The notes below the pieces were generated by a model that did not search any database, was not told where the DNA came from, and saw only the letters and a list, made by a program, of their open reading frames with translations. Made by a program: the position numbers and the translations under genes. From Gordius albopunctatus (Eukaryota): 64,000 nt of DNA. The stretch spans positions 5,952,001 to 6,016,000 of the forward strand of contig OZ193909.1 of assembly GCA_964276515.1 (NCBI GenBank), written 5' to 3'. Below are positions 36,569-49,936 of this stretch, one piece after another (positions within the stretch are counted from its first letter, which is position 1; each line of letters starts with the position of its first letter).

Positions 36569-37466
36569 TTTTTAGTGAAAGAGGAGGAATATAATTTATT
36601 ACACGATAAAAGAACAATGATCCAAAACTTATAAAAGAGTGAGTTTATATAGCAATAGATAAGGATAACATTCAAATGAAAGTTGATTCTGTGTGTGTAT
36701 TCTTTCTATTTTCACCTTGTACGTATTATAACCAAATCTTTCCAAGGTAAGTGTAATTTGTTTCCCTACAGATAAGCCTAGAATTATGACTTAAAAGTAA
36801 CATGGGGTCAATGTTTTAGAACAGAAATAATAAATATAATTTATCAAAAGGATGGAAATAGCTAATATTCATGCAGTCATGAAAGTAATGTTTCTAATTT
36901 GTATGCCACACTGAAATAGGTCTATTTATCAGGTTAAATAAACTTCTTCACATTTATCCTGTTTTCAATATATTTCATTTATTCCAAACTTTTTGTGACA
37001 CTTGGCATAGTGCTACAATAATCACAAATCCTTATACTCAGAATCTTTACACAATTAATGCATGAGTAAAAGTAAAACCTTCCAAGTGTCAATAAGAAGA
37101 TTTATATTTAATAATTGAACTGATATTTTTAATAAATGAATTATTTTTTGAATTAAATTAGATAAGTTTTAAACAATCAGAAAAGGCTCTAAAATCCTGG
37201 TACACAAAAGAATATAATTTAACATCCTTAACGTTCATATGAGGTCAAAAATATTTTATTTGCAATACAATTTATTAAATTATAACGCTAAATACAAAAT
37301 TATATCAGTTTAAGGCAATTATATACTAAATTTGCTATAATAAAATACATAGAGGCAGATTTTAGTGTACATAAAAAATTATTTTATAGAATGTCCTAAA
37401 GGTGCATTAATAATAAAAGATTAATACTAAAACAATATTGCACTTATAAGGGGTTTAAATAGGAAA

Positions 37467-38059
37467 TCAAATATTCTTTTTAAGCCACTGCACTGATGAA
37501 TCACACCTTTTGATAGAAAGATTCAAAGTTTTGTTTTCACTATGATTAAGTGAAATTTTTCTTGTAAGAATATTAATTTTTTCAAACAGATTTGTGTGAA
37601 CTCCTAAATTAGTAATGGGTTCACATTTTAAATACCCCATTTTAAGATAAAAGTCTGTTTTATCAGTTGTTGAAAGAAATGACATTGAATAACCTAAATT
37701 TGATGAATATTCCTCAGCAGCATTTAATAAATATTTGCCATGACCTACACCACGGAAACTTTGATCAATTATTAATGATTCCATAATACATGAGCTAACA
37801 CCATCCAGTGCCAAGCAAATACGTACATGACCAATGACCTATATACATTATAACTAAAATCTAACAATTTTATCACTTTTCTATTTAGGATCAATATCAG
37901 TGAACAGGGCAGTTTATCTACATTTAATGATTTTTCTAACGACGCTATACGCGCATGGTGACTTCTTTTCCATTCTGTATTCAGCAATTTAGCCGTTTCG
38001 TCAAGCAAATTTTTGGAATGTCCCAAAGGCTTTACGCTAAGGTCACATGGTGATGGCAT
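37467..38059 (-). CDS. NAA80: N-alpha-acetyltransferase 80-like (GNAT; actin N-acetyltransferase), 2 exons, 184 aa
   Basis: Exons 38059-37877 and 37838-37467 (38-nt intron). LLNTEWKRSHHARIASLEKS..LPCSLIL..VIGHVR..FRGVGHGK..LSTTDKTDFYLKMGY. Start codon choice is inferred. Confidence 0.85.
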
Positions 38060-38361
38060 ACAATTTGGAAGACAATTGAGTACGAATAATTTACCAATTG
38101 TGGAATGTTCAAGAGCTATGGGCATGGTCGTAGCCTGGGGGGGGGCAGAAAGGGGCGGCTGCCCACCTCTAAATCAAACAATTTGTTGAAATTTAATAAA
38201 ATTATGGCTAAAATTCAAAAGAAATTATTTTGCCGCTCCCTTAATCATTATTGCCCCCTCTTTTTCAAATGCTGACTAGGCTACGCCCATGTCTATAGGT
38301 ATAATCAATTTTTATTGCCCTTGCTCAAATCTTATTATTCCAGAATGTCTTCTATAGCATC

Positions 38362-39350
38362 TGTAGTGATTAACAATTGATTATTATTTATTTTTTATAT
38401 ATATCCCGTGGAGTGGTGGTTGGTTGCTATTGACGCTCTTTCAAAATGGGTCGAAGTTGCGGTAGTTGATTCAATCAATTCATTCACGATTTTACGTCAA
38501 TTAAGATGTTGGTTTGCCAGATTTGGACTACCGAAAAAGCTAATAACGGATAATGGAAGACAATTTGTTTCAGACGAATTTGAACACTTTTGTAAAGCAA
38601 ATGCGGTTATTCACGTTAAAACGTCACCGTACCACCCAAAATCGAATGGAATGGTGGAGAGAGTGATTCGTACTCTAAAGAGTAGATATTATTCAGGAAG
38701 AAAGACGGAAAATAATAAAGAATTGTGTTTAATACAAGTTTTAATGACATACCGAAACGTCTCACACTCGACAACGGGTAAGTCTCCAGCAGAATTAATG
38801 TTTGGAAGGAGACTTAAAACAATGTTTGATCTATTAAGACCGGATCCTAGAGACAAAATGGAGGATGTAGTATGGAAACAGAAACTACATCATGATCGAA
38901 GTAGTAAAGAAAGGGAATTCGAGGAGAATGATTCAGTTTGGGTTAAAAATGAGATTCGTCCTGGTTGGCATGAAGGTGTAGTAAAAGCACGACAAGGAAG
39001 GTATTCTTATAATGTTCTAGTTGGCGATGTGATAAAACGAAAACATAGCGATTAACTAAGGGAAAGAGTTTCCGCGGATCGTAGAGTTCAACTACCAATT
39101 GTAAACGGTGGAAGAGAAAGCATAGATCCGAGTGTTAACGAACGATTTGGGAGACTTCGACGAATTACAAGAAAGCCTCAGCGTTTCCATGACGAATTCA
39201 AATATTGACGGGGGGGGAAGATGTAGTGATTAACAATTGATTATTATTTATTTTTTATATATATCCCGTGGAGTATAAAATATATACACACATATGTATT
39301 GTGAATAATTTAGCATCACTTATTATTATTACAAAAGTCATAATCACATC
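38362..39350 (+). mobile_element. Heavily deleted Ty3/Gypsy element retaining only integrase
   Basis: 53-bp direct repeat TGTAGTGATTAACAATTG...CCCGTGGAGT at 38362 and 39222, with a PPT before 39222. ORF 38408-39055 has IDALSKW, TDNG and VER. Right boundary uncertain. Confidence 0.82.
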
Positions 39351-40228
39351 ACATTAGTTAAAATTCGTGGGCATTGTTTTTTATTACTATTTCTGCTTCT
39401 TTAATTATTTTCACTGCATATCACCTCTTTTCGCGTCGCACACTAGTCTTTATCAACTTGTTGATTGGGGTTTAAGTCGAGCCTTGATGTAATCAGACTC
39501 TCTCCTAGATAAAGATTGCAGAAATATATGAGAGGTGTAGTGACATCAGCAGAAATAAGTTAATCACACATTTGAATTTCTTTTCTTAGAAGATCGCACG
39601 CTATGACGTCGATTGACTGAGCTTCCTTGGAACCTATCGATTTATTATGATCTTATCAGAAGATCATAGAGATATTTAAGTCTTCACAGAAAATAATCAA
39701 TCCTCATGAAAACTCATCGATTAATTCAGATCTTCCAAGAATATTATCGATTTTTCCAATAATATATAAACTAAATGTGTACGCAAATATTATGAGCGGA
39801 ATAATTCTAGCAAAATGAATTGTATTCTATGTTCCAAAATTATCCTCGTGTAAAACTACTCTCTCCCATCAAAGAGGTAATAAAAAAAACTTATAAGTAT
39901 GTCGTGTACTTACATGCTAATTAAACTTTCCAGCTGTTCTTCCCTTTGCAATGTAATATAAGCATATAAGCCAATTAGATAGAGAAGGAGGGAGGCTCAA
40001 AGGATGCCGCGATTTCGCATAGGGACTAATTGAATATTCAATATATTGGAGAAAGTAAAAACAATAGGGGAAAAATAATTTTTCTATGTTTTCACTAAGT
40101 TGGTTCTACCACTTAGAGGTTTAAATTTTTCTTTTTAGCTATGCAATATCGCTCTATTGAGCATCGATCCCGATATATATAAAAGTATGGAATAGACGAT
40201 GGCCGTGGAGAAGAAGTATCCGCGTAAC

Positions 40229-42104
40229 TAGTGATGCGGGAAAACCGAGACAATTCTCGGTCTCGTCTCGTCGCGGTAAAAACTGATCCGAGATCGAGAC
40301 GAGAATTATGATGTCGAGACGAGACGAGATTTTTTCGGCGAGATCTCGGGTTTTTATTGATCATTAGATTTTAGTAAATTGTTGTGTATTTTAATATGCC
40401 TGATTTACATTTAAGGTATTAAATATAAATCAATACGATAGGAATATATTTGGTATTAAAATAACACCTAAGTGTAGTAAATATGATATATTTTCACAAA
40501 AAGTTTAAAATTTGACAATTTCAGTTCATTTATCTAAATAAGAATGGCGCTTAGGAGTTAGGGTATGTGAATAATTTAATAATATATTTCTCACATACAT
40601 GTATCCTTAGAATTATTAAATGTTACAAATTTTAGACTTAGAATGAGTTCTGATGGAGTAGTAAATAAAAATATTATTAAAGCAGATTTGAACTTAGCAG
40701 TTTCTCATCCTGCATGATGCAGTAATTATAAATTGGTAGTCAATTAGTTTGAATAATCATACAAGTTAAGCTAAGGTGGCTCGAGCTTTTTTGGGCACCC
40801 TAGCGTCATTTATGCCTGCCTAACGATTTCAAAAGTACAACTGAGTATTCGATGACACCGTAATAGATTAAATCATGAGTTTTCTATAAGTTTTTTAACC
40901 AATAATATACCTCCCAAATTTTTGAACCCTAATAAGACATTATGTGAATACATTGTTTTGTCATATGCATTACTTTTCACGTTATAACTGTGGTTGGCAG
41001 GTGCATTCGATACTATAATTTCTATAGTTGTGGCAATTTGGAATATAAAATAAATACACACCAACTTATACTGTACTAGATAAATAACTATTTTAGGGAA
41101 AATTAGTTCCAATCGGAAGGTAATTATTTAGAATACTAATTTGATTATAATGATTTTTGTCCTAAAATAAAATAAGTGCACTTTAATTTAAAGTTTAAAA
41201 CCTTATGTTCTTGATCCTATAATAATGCTACTTTTATTGTTGTTTTTACAACGTTTAATGTGTGCAACAAGTTATCAATTTTGTAAATAATAATATTACC
41301 ATTAAAACTCACTCGCACTTTGTGGCTTATACCGCTATAGTAAATCGGTAATAATCTTTATGGGTTATAATTGATGATGGTAATACCAATGGACTGAAAC
41401 ATTTTCCTTAAATATGTTAAGGTCAACTTTGAGGTTTTAGCCAGAGTTAATGTTGGGTCTCAATTTGCCTAAATATGTAACTAAGTCAAATATAGGTAAA
41501 CTTATAAATTTCCTCTGTTAAAATTTAACAGATACTGTGAATTTGATACAAATGTTATAATTTTCTAGAACTATAAAATTCAATAAGGTCTTATCAGTTA
41601 GTACATTTATTATACAAAGGCTTCACCTCCAAAACACTCACAAGAGTACTGATTTAAACTCAAATTTAAAAAGTGTCAATAACACCACTATTCAATTCTA
41701 AATTTAATGCACAGTTATACTATTTTATATATTAAACAAAAAGCGATCCTTTCGTACTATACTTCAAATATATATATAGTTTTTTAATTTACACTCCATA
41801 GAAAATATTATCTATTGTCAATGAGGTGTCGTGTCGCCCTATATCATTAAAAAGTTTGTGTATTAAGGTTTTTTTTAATATAAAAGTATCCCACTTGGAT
41901 TTTTGTAACACTTAGTTAATAATTTTAATAAAACAGGAGAAATTTTTTTTTGTGTAAATTTTTCTTAAATGTCGAGACGAGACGAGAATTCTCGCCAAGA
42001 CGAGATCAAGATTTTTCTAGACCGAGACGAGATTTTCATAATCGCTCCCGAGACGAGATGAGATTTTGCTTTCGAGACCGAGACGAGACGAGATCAAAAC
42101 ACTA
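40229..42104. mobile_element. Non-autonomous hAT-like element (CGAGA-rich subtermini)
   Basis: TAGTG...CACTA ends and perfect 8-bp TSD CGCGTAAC. Inverted relative of 5836-10616. Confidence 0.9.
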
Positions 42105-43204
42105 CGCGTAACCAATCGGTTAGAATGAGGGACGTCAACGGTTAACAAATAAGGTATTGGGTTAGGGCCGTTGGTTTCTTCTTGGGCAATCGCAGTTACT
42201 AGTAGAGAAGAAGAGAAAAATAAGATTGAAAAAACAGTGTAAAAAACCAGCCTTAAAAAACCCTGTCGAAGCGCCTCTCATTTGAATGAGGGATGCCTAC
42301 AACCCTGTCAAAGCGCTTCTCATCTGCATGAGGGATGCTTCCCGACAGTTCGATATACTGCCCGTCTCCACTAACTTGAGGCCTGCCATTTACATAGTCA
42401 TTTACTTCTAATTCACATAACAGAATATTTTATTCGCACACCCATTACTTTAAGCCTTATTTCTCTCACTCATTTGCATAATCGCAAAGGCATAAACGTT
42501 AATCAAATTAATCAACTACAACAAAAAGTATAACAAAAATGTTAAATTTTTTAATTTTGTCGATCCATAGCCTAGGCCACGTTTTACCTCCTCGCCTTCC
42601 CATCCCTGATGACCCGAAATATGGATCCCACATCGCCCCCATACGTGTAACATTTGTATCTTTTTATATAATACGTTCTTATAATGTGCATTGTTATTAC
42701 ATAACTTGTGTAAGGTCGTGTCCCCAAATAAATTACATGATTCTATGGCCACGTGCTAATAATGGCAGCTCATTAACTTTGTTGCCAGTTTAATTAGTTG
42801 AGTTTTTAAATTTTTTTTTGGTAGTTTTAAATTTTCTTATTTAATTTTTTTAAAAATATTTTTAAAATTTTTTATAGTATGTACAGATGGCGCTAAAACT
42901 GAAATTTATCCACCCAAATTCTGTCTTAATTTTTCCATGTATAACAAAGTGATGCGAATGATAAAAAAGGTATTGTTTATGAGTGGTTAAGAAAATATAA
43001 CCGGTAGACCAACAACCCCCCAGGAAATCATAAATAAAAATTTTTCTCTCCCCTGCATTCCCCTAAAAACTCCTTACCTTTAATTAATTATTTACGTTTA
43101 CTTTCCATCGATTGTAAAAATAAGACTACAATTTAGATAAAACTTCTGCAAAAAATATCCCCACACACTTATAGTAAGTTAGTTAATTTGCCAGACTTAA
43201 TGTA

Positions 43205-43236
43205 TATGGCAAAACAACGTTAGCCGGGTCAGCTAG
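43205..43236 (+). mobile_element. Helitron 3' terminus (5' end not located)
   Basis: GGCAAAACAACGTTAGCC hairpin plus GGGTCAGCTAG|T, nearly identical to the end of 52594-52932. Confidence 0.6.
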
Positions 43237-45134
43237 TCTATTTATAAATAAAGCTTCATTTAAATTTCTCGCAAATGATTAGATAATTTATCTATTCTAT
43301 TAAATACATACAAATTCGTCATATAATACGTCACATAAAAGTTCATGTTGCTGGTATTCTATCAACAATTACTCAGTTAATGTTTCTAAAGTGTAAAAAA
43401 TGAGTTGCATTTTAAATTGTAATGCATTTTACATTTTCTCAAACTTCATTTTCAATCTGGTAAGCTATACTCAACCAGCATCCATCCAGCAGCCAGCTAC
43501 AGGGATTTTGGACGACATTACTTTCCCCAAGGCTGATTCAAGTACTGACTCAGCCTCTGAGTCGAACTCGAGTACTGATTCAGCCTCTGAGTCGAGCTCG
43601 AGTACTGACTCAGCGTCAGAAACTTACGAGCCCTCTGTTAATTTGGCCCCTGAGTCTGAATCGTTATACAGCGATGAAGATGAAAGGAGAGTCCAAATTG
43701 ATACGGCTCTCAACATCGCTTATTCCCCCGACGTCAGTCGGCGGAACAAAAATTCATTGTTGGCGCGCTTAAGATCAAGGCTTATCAAAAAAAAGCCAAT
43801 GGATCTTAATCCTGAGCCTCGCAAGTCCAGCCGAACAAAAATTTTTTTTGCCAAGCTTTGTTGCTTTTGCTAGGTAAATATATACCCTAAAATTAAACCG
43901 CTTGGCATGCCCCTATATTTAGATTTAATATAATTTTTTTTAATATATTATTTAAATCTATAAGTTATTATCTCAACCTTTTATTGCTTAACAGGCAAAT
44001 ATTTGAAATTCGTTTCATGACCTCATAATGGGCTGAACAAACTGTTAATGGAACACCAATTGCGTGCCATCAAATTCGGGAAGCCATTGCAGGAAGTACG
44101 ATCTTTCATCAATTTAAATATAAGGAAAGGATAGTTTTTTGATATTCAAAGCTATAATTATTTTTATTATAACTAAATCATTGTAGAGTTTAGCCCATAT
44201 CACCGCTCAATATCTGTTCACTACGGGAGTCTCACGAGAAAAGTCTTTCATGAGATAAGCCGGGAATTGGTATTCTAATTGCATGCCATCAGCAATTAGA
44301 ATACAAATTAACGGGGTAACAATCATTTGTTATTTGAATGACAACATGATTTTTTTAACTAAAATTACATTAAACAATGCACACTTTAGATTTCATGTTG
44401 TAGACAAGTTACTAATAGACAAAGAATTTCACTGGGCCAAGCCCTGCGATGAACCGTCATTTGGTGCTTCTTTGCTCGCCATCAGCATCTAGAAGGATCA
44501 TTTTGATAGGGGTAATATTTATGCACATTATTAAAAGTTCTGATGTTCTTCATACACGAATTTCACCTACGCTATAACCTTGTTCGAATATCTGTCAGAA
44601 ATATTTTATAATTATGTAGGCAAAATTAACTTGTATTGTTCAAAAAAGCATATTTAATAAAGTCTTTAACTCGTTTGATCCCATATGCATACATTTAATT
44701 ATATAATTCCATTTTTAGGATTCAAGGGGTGAAGGCAGTTAGATCAAGTCAATAAATCGTATTCATTAACAAAAAGAATTAAATTTACAACACTTATTTA
44801 AGTAATGTTTCTAAATGCTATTAGAAACAAACCAAATGATAATCGAATTTGAAGTGTGTTATGCGGAGATAGATTATTTATATGTTAATAAATTGTAGAA
44901 ATATAGCGTATTTGATATTTTGATTTATAGTTTTGTTTAGAGCGAGCATACCAAAATTTTAGTCCATTTTGAGTTAATTACAAATACCTTAGACACCATA
45001 AATAATGTTGAGATAAGTTTTTAAAATATACCAAGCCAGCACTAACAAGGTAAAGTGCAGGGGATGGTTTAATTAGGTTTAACTAGAAAATATGGCAAAA
45101 ATGATGTTCAACAACGCCCGTCCTTTAGTTTATC

Positions 45135-46087
45135 CATGGGCGTGGAGCGGGTCGGGTTTGGGTTAAAAATTATAAAATGCCTTCGGGTCGGGTTCGGGTT
45201 AAAAATTTTAAAATCCTTTCGGGTCAGGTTCGGGTTGAAAATTTTTAAACTCGGGTTGGGTCGGGTTAAAGGTTATAAATCTTATATTACATAATAGACA
45301 TATCGTTTAAATTTATGCTATTATATATAATATTTTATAATTAATATTGAAACATGTGATTAATTTATCTTATACATTCATTAATAGTCAGAAAGGTAGA
45401 ATATCTTCATTGATGCTAAAAACTATAATAAACATATAATTAATATCGCAAAACTTATTAACGATTTGTGAACTCTCATTTTTCTTTTTTAAATATTGAT
45501 GCTCAACTTGCTTTACGGTCTAATATACACTAGAATAAAATAAAATTATCATGATTATTTATTGAACCAATGATTTAAATGTATAAAAAACAGATTAAAA
45601 AATTAAAGTTTTAAAAAAATGATCAAATTTTATCCTTTCATTTCCGCACAATTGCCACAACCATTATTAGCCTTAAAATCAAAAATGATTGAAAATAAAG
45701 AGACTCATTTTAATTAAGCAAAAGTTTAAGAATATCTGCATTTTTTATGGTGCCTACTAAAGATAATAAATGGCTCGTTAAGTGGGATACTTTGGGTGAA
45801 ATATACTTTAAAAAATGTCTGAATTAGAATCTACCCTTTTTCTAATGCTTTCACTTCTGGCAAACATGTTTTAAAATTTTGTTAAATCTGTTGTTTTTTT
45901 TGACATAACATTTTGTTGCCATTTAAAACCATCAATATCAATTTTACACCAATCACATTTTTTTTACTTTCGGGTTGGATCGGGTTTGGCTTAAAACGCT
46001 TTCGGATCGGTTCGGGTTCGGGTTGAAAATTTTGAAACGCTTTTGGGTCTGGTTCGGGTTGAAGAAAGTGACTTTGCAGGGCTCTAC
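45135..46087. repeat. Element with TCGGGTT-rich terminal arrays (probable non-autonomous DNA transposon)
   Basis: CGGGTCGGGTT arrays at 45148-45270 and 45970-46060. Ends not clearly paired. Confidence 0.5.
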
Positions 46088-48270
46088 CTCTGGTACTATT
46101 AAGCCCTTCGTATTAGGAAGAGTGGGTGTTTCAGTTTTTATGTGTATTTTCTCAGCTATTTTGTCATATAGGTAATTATCTAGGCTTATTGCCGTATACG
46201 TGTACACGAATCACTTCTAACGATTGACTCTGCTGATAATGATGGTATGTGGGGATATTTAATTGAGCTTAACTATTAATATCCCTAGTTAAAGAGATAC
46301 GGTAGAATAAAATAAAATTTATGAGACCGCCATTTTTTTAAAATAACTTTTTAAAGTCCAATGTTGTATCTGATTATTTTTTATTTTGACTATACAGATG
46401 GATGCATTTAATAACAAATACTAGTTGAATTTAGATTTACATAAGCCATTTTGGATTTAGATATCGCTTCCTGAGAATTGGACTGCTCTAACTGCATTTT
46501 TTGAAAATTTTAACATAAAAGTGCTAATTAGTAGATTTTTATATATTAATTGCTATGCAATTTATGTGCTCGTTTTTTGGTGTCCGTCCGTCCGTACACC
46601 AATGTATTTACATCGGCTTCCTGACTTGTAGGTTCGAGTTCAATCCCCGGAGAGGACAAATTTTTTGTTTTTCAATTAAATTAATATTTTGTTCTTGTTA
46701 ATACCATGAATAATATGACTTTTTGACCTTCCGCTAGCTACTGACCAATGAAAAAAATGACCACTGACTAAATTGTGATTCGAATTTTTTTTGCGTTTTT
46801 GAATTGGTTAACATTGATAATTACCCTATTCCCTCCACTAAAAGGGCCTACGCCTCTACTGATATGGGTCCCTGTTCCCCTACAAAGGCTAATGCCTGTA
46901 AATGTTGGTTCAAATCCCGGAGAGGGCAAAAATTTTATTTTTTTTAATTAAATTAATATATCATTGATAATATGACTTTTTGGCCGTCTGCTGGCTACTG
47001 ACCAATGAAAAAATAACCATTGACCAAAATGTGAATCGAAATTTCTTTCGTTTTTTTGACTCGTATGTATTTTTAGACCGTCTCTTGGTACTGAACAATA
47101 AAAAAATGACCATTGGCCAAATTGTTTTTAAGTAAAGGCTAAAATTTCAAAATGCTCCTCCCAAAATCATTATAAAATACTGAAACAAATTCTTGAATAT
47201 TTGATGATCAAAAAACGCCTATTGCTAAAGTGTTTTAAATCAGTGGTTCTTAACCTTTTTTTTACACGCGCCCCCCCCCCCCAAATATTTTATAATTTTT
47301 TTGCGGCCTCATATTTTTTCCATAATAATTTATATTTGTTAAATTATCTATAATATATTGATTTTCTATTATTGTTTCATTTTATTATATAATAAACATA
47401 AAATACAAGCAAATAATATTTTTAGATGGTTACTAACTAAAGGCATACAAAATTCCGTCGTTTTGTATTTGCTATGTTTAAAAATATATGATTGAATTAA
47501 GCAAAGAGATTAAACATTTTGCTAAAATATATGAAATGATTTGTTGTCTGATTTAAACTTATAATTTGTTTTTCGGCGTTAAAAAAATCATAAAATTGCA
47601 GAAAACTTTGCAACTATGCCTAAAGGGTGTCGCTTAACACGACCTCAATTTAATAACAATAAATTATAGCAATTAATAGACATAAAATAAATTAACTAAA
47701 TTTTAAAGGGGGGGGGGGGCATGTGTCGTGTTTCTTGGAGGGGGGAAATCTTACCCCCCTTAATGCCTTTACACGGTTCATAAAAAGGGTTTCATTTCCC
47801 AATCAAATATCCAAGTATTACCCTACCTCTATCTTACCCTCTTATCAGCCCACCGCTGACTTGGCATTATTGATATTCCCTCCCCCCCCCACTATCTTGT
47901 ATTGTGATCTAAACATCAACAATTTAGAAATAAAAATAAGTCAGTGCCACCACGACACAAGCAGGCACAGAATTTATTGCTTTTTCCCTCCTCAATTTCT
48001 AATATAATTAATAATTCTAGCAGAGAGGGAAATCTATAAAAATAGCATATAGCATGGGCCTAGCCAGGATAGGAATTTGAGGGGGGCAAAAATGATTATG
48101 GGACGGGTAAAATAATATTCTTTGATAATAATTTAGCCAATATTTTAATAAACTTCAAAGAGTTTTTGGATTTATAGGGGGCAGCCGCCCCTCCTTGATC
48201 CACCCACTTAATAAAATATAACACATTATGTGAATTCGTTTAAATGATAATTATATTTATACCGATTAGA

Positions 48271-49082
48271 TTATATATTAATTGCTATGCAATTTTTTTA
48301 ATACCTTTTTTTATAATTTTAGGCTTATATAATATATACGATGCCTTTATAGTCTCGAATCCTTTTTAGATTTTATTCAATGGTTTTTTATTTTATTTTT
48401 GGTTTATAAAATTATTAATTCAAGGAAGACGAAAATATTTTTTCCCTCGTTTTTTAATTAAATTTAAGTTTCTCTACACATTATCAAGGATAGTTAAAAT
48501 TACCTAAACTCATTTCTTTTCGTGATTTAAAATTTCCAAAATTTACTTAAATACTCTAGAAGGCCCTTAAATCCAAATTATTTAAGAGTCTTATTAAAAA
48601 ATGTAAAAAGCCAGCAAATTGAATTATACAAGGATTAGCCTAATGTGCTTAGCCAAGGGCGGAGGGCAGGGAGGAGCGGCTGCCCCCCCCTAAATTCAAT
48701 ATGCAATTTATGGGCTCACTTTCCATTTTCCGATGTCTTATCACGCACCGAATGTCTTGCACCGAATGTCGTGTCACGCTTTTCGTCGTGTTTACCACTG
48801 AAACCGCTTGGAAGTAGGTTCGATACCCGGGGAGGCCAATTTTTTTTTAATTAAATGGAAAATTTGTATTAATAATTAACTAATCATTTTGCATTTAATA
48901 CCCCCCTATAGGCAATCTCGCCCCTTCCCACCTTTCTCGCCCATAAATTGCATAGCAAATTGGCTACTTTTATGTGGAGTATAGATGAGTCGTTCCCCAT
49001 TCCCTCCTGCCCCTCCCTTCCCACTTCCCTTCCCCTCTCCCCCTTCCCACGAGGGCCGAAGGCCCGAGTTTTATTATATTTT
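48271..49082 (+). mobile_element. Helentron/HINE-like non-autonomous element
   Basis: Subterminal inverted repeats TTGCTATGCAATTT and AAATTGCATAGCAA, with a GGGCCGAAGGCCC hairpin near the 3' end. A related start with (GTCC)n occurs at ~46540. Confidence 0.5.
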
Positions 49083-49936
49083 ATCATAAACTTTTAAAAA
49101 ATGTGAAAACAATTTTTTAGCTTGGCTTTTAAGGTTTTTATTTTGCTCTACCTGCATTACTCAATTCCAAACGCTATAAATAGTCTACTTTTAAATTTAA
49201 TTCGCATAATTTCCCTAAAATAGTCGACTGCCCCCTCTGAATCCAAAAAATTTTATAAATTTTATTAAGGTTAAAATATCATTTTAGCCCTCAGTAAATC
49301 ATTATTTCCCCATCTAAATCGAATTTCGATTATGCCCATGGCACCTAAACTATTTCGGATGAATTTAAGCATGGGCGTACCCAGGGGTGCCCCCCCCCCC
49401 CAATAAAAAAAGACCAAATTTCAATACAAAAACCCTTAAAAATGAAAAAATAATTATGTTTTGCCCCCCCCCCCCTCCTAATTATTTAGTCGAGACCTTT
49501 TTTTTGCTCTCAGGAAAATTTTTGGATAGTCAAGAAATTTTTTTTAATCTGCCCGCCCCCCCCCCTAATTTAAAACCTGCGTACGCCCATGAAGTTAAGT
49601 ATAATTAATATAAAAAATAGAGTCCCAACTTTTAAAAAGGTGTTAAGGTGATAAATTAAGAAATTGTAAAAGATACAAAATTTGTTCATAATTCAATGTA
49701 TTTAAAAACATGGTATGTAACCCGATTTACATTCTATATATTATGTGGCGACGAAGTTGTGTGGTTAAAATAAATGTAGAAGGGAAATGAATAAACGCGT
49801 TATAAAATCATTCCACATGTGGGTCGTTCATTTGTACATTATACATCGACGTACGACACCACGCGCTTTACGAGCTGTGTCGAAAAGGCTCGATACCTTA
49901 AATCAGCCGCTATACCATATGAGTGTTCGTCACATG

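Noticed and set aside
37490..37510. CTGATGA as another hammerhead core (also at ~33988 and ~53611)
   Set aside because: Inside coding exons, with no stem II plus GAAA arrangement.
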